Positions 60,875-64,000 of a stretch of DNA of 64,000 nt are shown one piece after another. Source of the DNA: a virus; IMG/VR virus record IMGVR_UViG_3300045988_115158, positions 10,702 through 74,701 of that record; one strand, given 5' to 3'. Position 1 is the stretch's first letter. Every line of letters begins with the position of its first letter. Under the pieces are notes generated by a model that was given only the letters and a program-made list of their open reading frames with translations, did not search any database and was not told the origin of the DNA. The position numbers and the translations under genes are program-made.

Positions 60875-61260
60875 TGGTTTCTTTTAAACAGGCATTTGAT
60901 GCTGCTAGAAAAGCAGGTAATCGCTGTTTTTCTTGGAATGGAAATGATTATAATACTATGACTAAAGAGGAATAGAATTCCGGAATTGGAGATTACTTTA
61001 GTAAATTCAAAGGTAATGTTGGAGATAATTCTAATTTTTAGAAAGCTGCCTCTAATATGGGTTCTCAAATGATGGGAGTATTTTAGAATCCTACTAAAGA
61101 TAAATATGCTGGGCAAGATTATAATATTGGAATATATTTTAAACCATAGTTTAATAGTCCTGCTACTAATTAGTTAATAGATTAGGCTACTCTTCCTCCT
61201 AGTACATAGGAAATAACTTCTATAAATGCCCAATTAATAATTTTAATCGATCACAAGTAA
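60874..61260 (+). CDS. late protein, TAG-recoded (8 TAG in ~128 codons)
   Basis: MVSFKQAFDAARKAGNRCFSWNGNDYNTMTKEE(Q)NSGIGDYF.... Confidence 0.45.
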
Positions 61261-61268
61261 GAGCTTTT

Positions 61269-61955
61269 ATGTCTAGTAGAGGACTAGATCCATATGCTTA
61301 TACTGGAGGTTAGAGAAAGGCTCTGAGAAAAGCCTTAAATTCTGGATAGGATGTTGAAGCTATCTTTAAATAGTGGAGTTAGGATAATCAACCTATATCT
61401 TATAATGCTGAAGGAGGTCTTTTAAAATTTGACGATGGAGGAACTATGGAAGATTTTAAAAAGTGGCTTAATTAGAAACTTCGTAAAGGAGAGTTAGAAG
61501 AATCAGACTTAAGTAAAGAAAAATTAGCATAGTTATATTAGACATTTAAAAAAGAACAATAGGGAGTACAAACTGCTATGAATGGTGCAAAACTTAATTA
61601 TATAAATCAATTAAATGGTAAATGTCCTTAGGGGACACATTTATCATATTATAGAATAGGAGGAACATTGTGTAAAAAGTGTGAAGCTGATGCTCATAAT
61701 GAAAGTTCTGATCCTATTAAAGCTTTTAAATAGAAATGTGGCGGTAAGGTTAAAAAGAAAGAATTAGGTGGTGAGGTAGATAATAAAAAACCTAAATTAG
61801 TAAAAAAGCCTCAATCTAAACCAGGAATGGTAAAACCAACTAATAAACGCCCAGGACCTAAAGATTTAAAAACACTTCCTAATGGTAAGTATCCAAAATA
61901 TTGGACAGCTACTTAGCGAGGTTAGTGGGATAGAGATCATGATGAAGGAGATTAA
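61269..61955 (+). CDS. late protein, TAG-recoded (about 15 TAG); Cys4 cluster
   Basis: MSSRGLDPYAYTGG(Q)RKALRK...CP(Q)GTHLSYYRIGGTLCKKCEADAH...KYWTAT(Q)RG(Q)WDRDHDEGD. Confidence 0.45.
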
Positions 61956-62041
61956 TGAGATATAAGCTAACTTCTAATTCTTTTAGAGGTTAGCTATTTT
62001 TATTTAATGTTAATATGAAATAATGAGTAAATGGTTTTAGT

Positions 62042-62610
62042 ATAATTAGACTTTAGGAAAGGTTGAATTAGATGAAACTGAATTATTACTAATAAAAGAA
62101 TTTAGAGATTTATTAGATAATAATCGTAATAAAAGTAAAACTGATCCTAAAGGCGAACATAAAGAAAGAGCTTTCAGAGAATTATCTTATATATATCTAG
62201 CTATTGATTGGAATTCCCCATATCATAATTATGATGAATAGGATAGACATGAAGCAGCTATTGATGATTCAGGGCTAACAGAGAATGAATTTAATGATTC
62301 AGTATTTAGAACTGCTTGTAGAAAGTATTAGGAAATTCAAAATTCTAATAGACTAGTTAGAATGGTAAAAGCTGCTGAAAGTACTGTAGATAAATTAATA
62401 GATTACTTTGAAAATGTAGATCCTCTAGAAAGAGACCCTTAGACTGGAAAACCTATTTTTAAAGCTAAAGATATTATGGCAGAAATTTCTAAATTAGATG
62501 AAACTGCTGATGGATTATTAGCTCTAGAAGGAAGATTAAAATCTTCTATGCAAGAATCATCTAGTATTAGAGGAGATGCTCAAGAAGGATTTGACCCAGG
62601 AGACTTTTAA
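62042..62610 (+). CDS. late protein, TAG-recoded; candidate small terminase by position
   Basis: MSKWF(Q)YN(Q)TLGKVELDETELLLIKEF.... Immediately upstream of the gp17-like terminase gene. Confidence 0.35.
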
Positions 62611-62612
62611 TT

Positions 62613-63313
62613 ATGGCTGAAGAAATTAAACGTAAACGAGGAAGACCTAAGAAAATACCTACAGTAATTGACGATGTAAAACCTAAAAAGAAGCCTAAAA
62701 TACCTAAAGAGATTTAGGATATGATTAATAAAGTACATGGCACTGTAGAAGATCCTATGAAGGAAGCGGTTGAAAGTCTTAAACCTTAGAAGATAGTTGA
62801 AGAATCTAAACCCGTATTAGAAATAAAAGAGACTGATACTGATGAAGCTATCTTAGGTAAAGTTAGAGATTAGTCTGGATGGGATGTAAAAAAAGATGAT
62901 CCTATACCTTATTTTGATGCTAATTTATCTTATGAGTTAACTGGATATAAACCTATTAATAAATACAGAGGTTTAGATTTTAATCCTTCATGGTTTACTG
63001 AAACTAGAGATACTTTTGTAAGAACTGGACATTATACTAGATTTAGAAGAAACTCTAGAAGCTGGAGAGCTTTTTGGAAAGAATAGTTTATACGATGTAA
63101 ATATGGTATGACTTCTCATGGTTATACTATTACTGGAGACCATTATTATTTCCTCAACTTTTATAGATTAAAAGATCTTGATAATGTTGAAGAAGCAGGT
63201 ATGGGACGTCAGGAAATTTTCCCTAATTTTCTAGAAGGATAGTACGAATGGTTTCATTATTTAAAATTAGCTAGAAAATTACGTATGAATGCCTGTATGA
63301 TGAAAGCCAGAGG
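62613..63313 (+). CDS. terminase large subunit (T4 gp17-like), 5' exon ending inside Walker A; TAG-recoded
   Basis: ...HYLKLARKLRMNACMMKARG parallels T4 gp17 ...KRMTVCNLSRQLGKTT. The frame then runs into stops and structured sequence. The 3' boundary is approximate. Confidence 0.5.
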
Positions 63314-63420
63314 GGCGGACTTACTGCCCTCCTATAAGGTGACTTATAGGTAATAAATTCCGAAATTTCGGTGAAGACTAAGGTGATTTAATCACGATAA
63401 TATTTTTAAATTTTTATAGT

Positions 63421-64000
63421 ATGAATAAAGAAGAACAAATTGAATTTATTAAGGATAATTATCCAGCAACAACACATCATATTTCTAAGAGAAGAGTTCG
63501 TCATAATTTTTTCTCTAGTATAAAAACAGAATTACAAGCTTATTTGTTAGGTTTTTATACTGCTGATGGAAGTATTGATGAAAAACGTAAAACTTTTAGA
63601 GTAGAACTACAAAAAGGAGATTCTGAAATAGTATATTTATTTAAAGATAGTATTTCAGAAGATGCTAGATTATATCAAACTAAAGAAAAAGACTTTATGG
63701 GACCTAGAGGAAAAGTAATACATGCCCATGGTAATATAGGAGTAGATATAACAAGTGCTTAGTTATGCCAAGATTTAGTAAATTTAGGTATAGGATATAG
63801 AAAAAGTTATGAGGACTTAAAATTACCTAATATTGATAAATCTTTAATAAGGCATTTCATTAGAGGATACTTTGATGGTGATGGGTGCATTTGTGGTTAT
63901 ATTAGAAATGATAATAGGAATCCAGATTATCCTAGAAAAGGATTTAGAAGATAGTTTGATATATGTGCTAAAAAATCTTCATTACTTCTTGATATATAGC
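63421..64000 (+). CDS. LAGLIDADG homing endonuclease (intron-encoded, TAG-containing), truncated by window end
   Basis: LLGFYTADGSI and IRGYFDGDGCI double motif. In-frame TAG in ..ITSA(Q)LC(Q)DL... Confidence 0.55.

Noticed and set aside
60646-61116. 156-aa minus-strand ORF and other antisense ORFs (e.g. 1183-1428+, 1949-2200+, 2714-3118+, 13473-13826+, 47604-48035+, 59726-59914-)
   Set aside because: They are antisense to longer, motif-supported genes and have low-complexity, hydrophobic AT-codon composition. Treated as shadow ORFs.
63421-64000. Intein interpretation of the LAGLIDADG ORFs in terminase, NAMPT and helicases
   Set aside because: The endonuclease ORFs are preceded by stop codons in all frames and are not in-frame with the host exons. 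Boundaries fit intron splicing (U before the 5' splice site, G before the 3' splice site), not protein splicing.
1-64000. Bacterial chromosome or prophage with integrase and att sites
   Set aside because: No integrase, no host housekeeping genes. Gene content is replication, packaging, lysis and tRNAs with uniform low GC. Interpreted as a lytic-type phage genome segment.

Overview
This 64-kb window is AT-rich and looks like part of a large tailed dsDNA phage genome. By motif resemblance it has T4-like replication and packaging genes and a Bacteroidetes-style coding pattern. It is not a bacterial chromosome. Layout: (i) 198-46859 is a long minus-strand early/middle block. It holds replication and recombination genes: a DnaG-type primase, a split DnaB-like helicase, a split UvsW-like SF2 helicase, RNase H, PD-(D/E)xK nucleases, a P-loop ATPase, a metallophosphoesterase and a HAD nucleotidase. 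It also holds an NAD+ reconstitution/anti-defense-like module (PRPP-synthetase-like + macro domain + split NAMPT-like gene), a flotillin-like SPFH protein, an AAA+ ATPase and four tRNA clusters. (ii) 46860-48335 is an odd non-coding stretch with one GC-rich gene. (iii) 48336-50266 is a short plus-strand unit containing an intron-split tRNA. (iv) 50393-57222 (minus) and 57385-64000 (plus) are two divergent late blocks. Their genes are full of in-frame TAG codons and end only with TAA or TGA. They encode a holin-like protein, an SLT transglycosylase, structural proteins, a GroES-like protein, a PD-(D/E)xK nuclease and a T4 gp17-like large terminase. The most notable system is an amber (TAG to Gln) recoding apparatus. 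The suppressor tRNA-Gln(CUA) is itself split in the anticodon loop by a ~1-kb group I-type intron that carries an HNH homing endonuclease. If splicing follows the group I rules (U before the 5' splice site, G before the 3' splice site), the only consistent product has the anticodon loop cUCUAaa. Self-splicing intervening sequences are also common elsewhere, with or without LAGLIDADG endonucleases. They interrupt the P-loop codons of the DnaB-like helicase, the SF2 helicase and the terminase, and they interrupt the NAMPT-like gene. All calls rest on reading the sequence and on motif recall. No searches were run.
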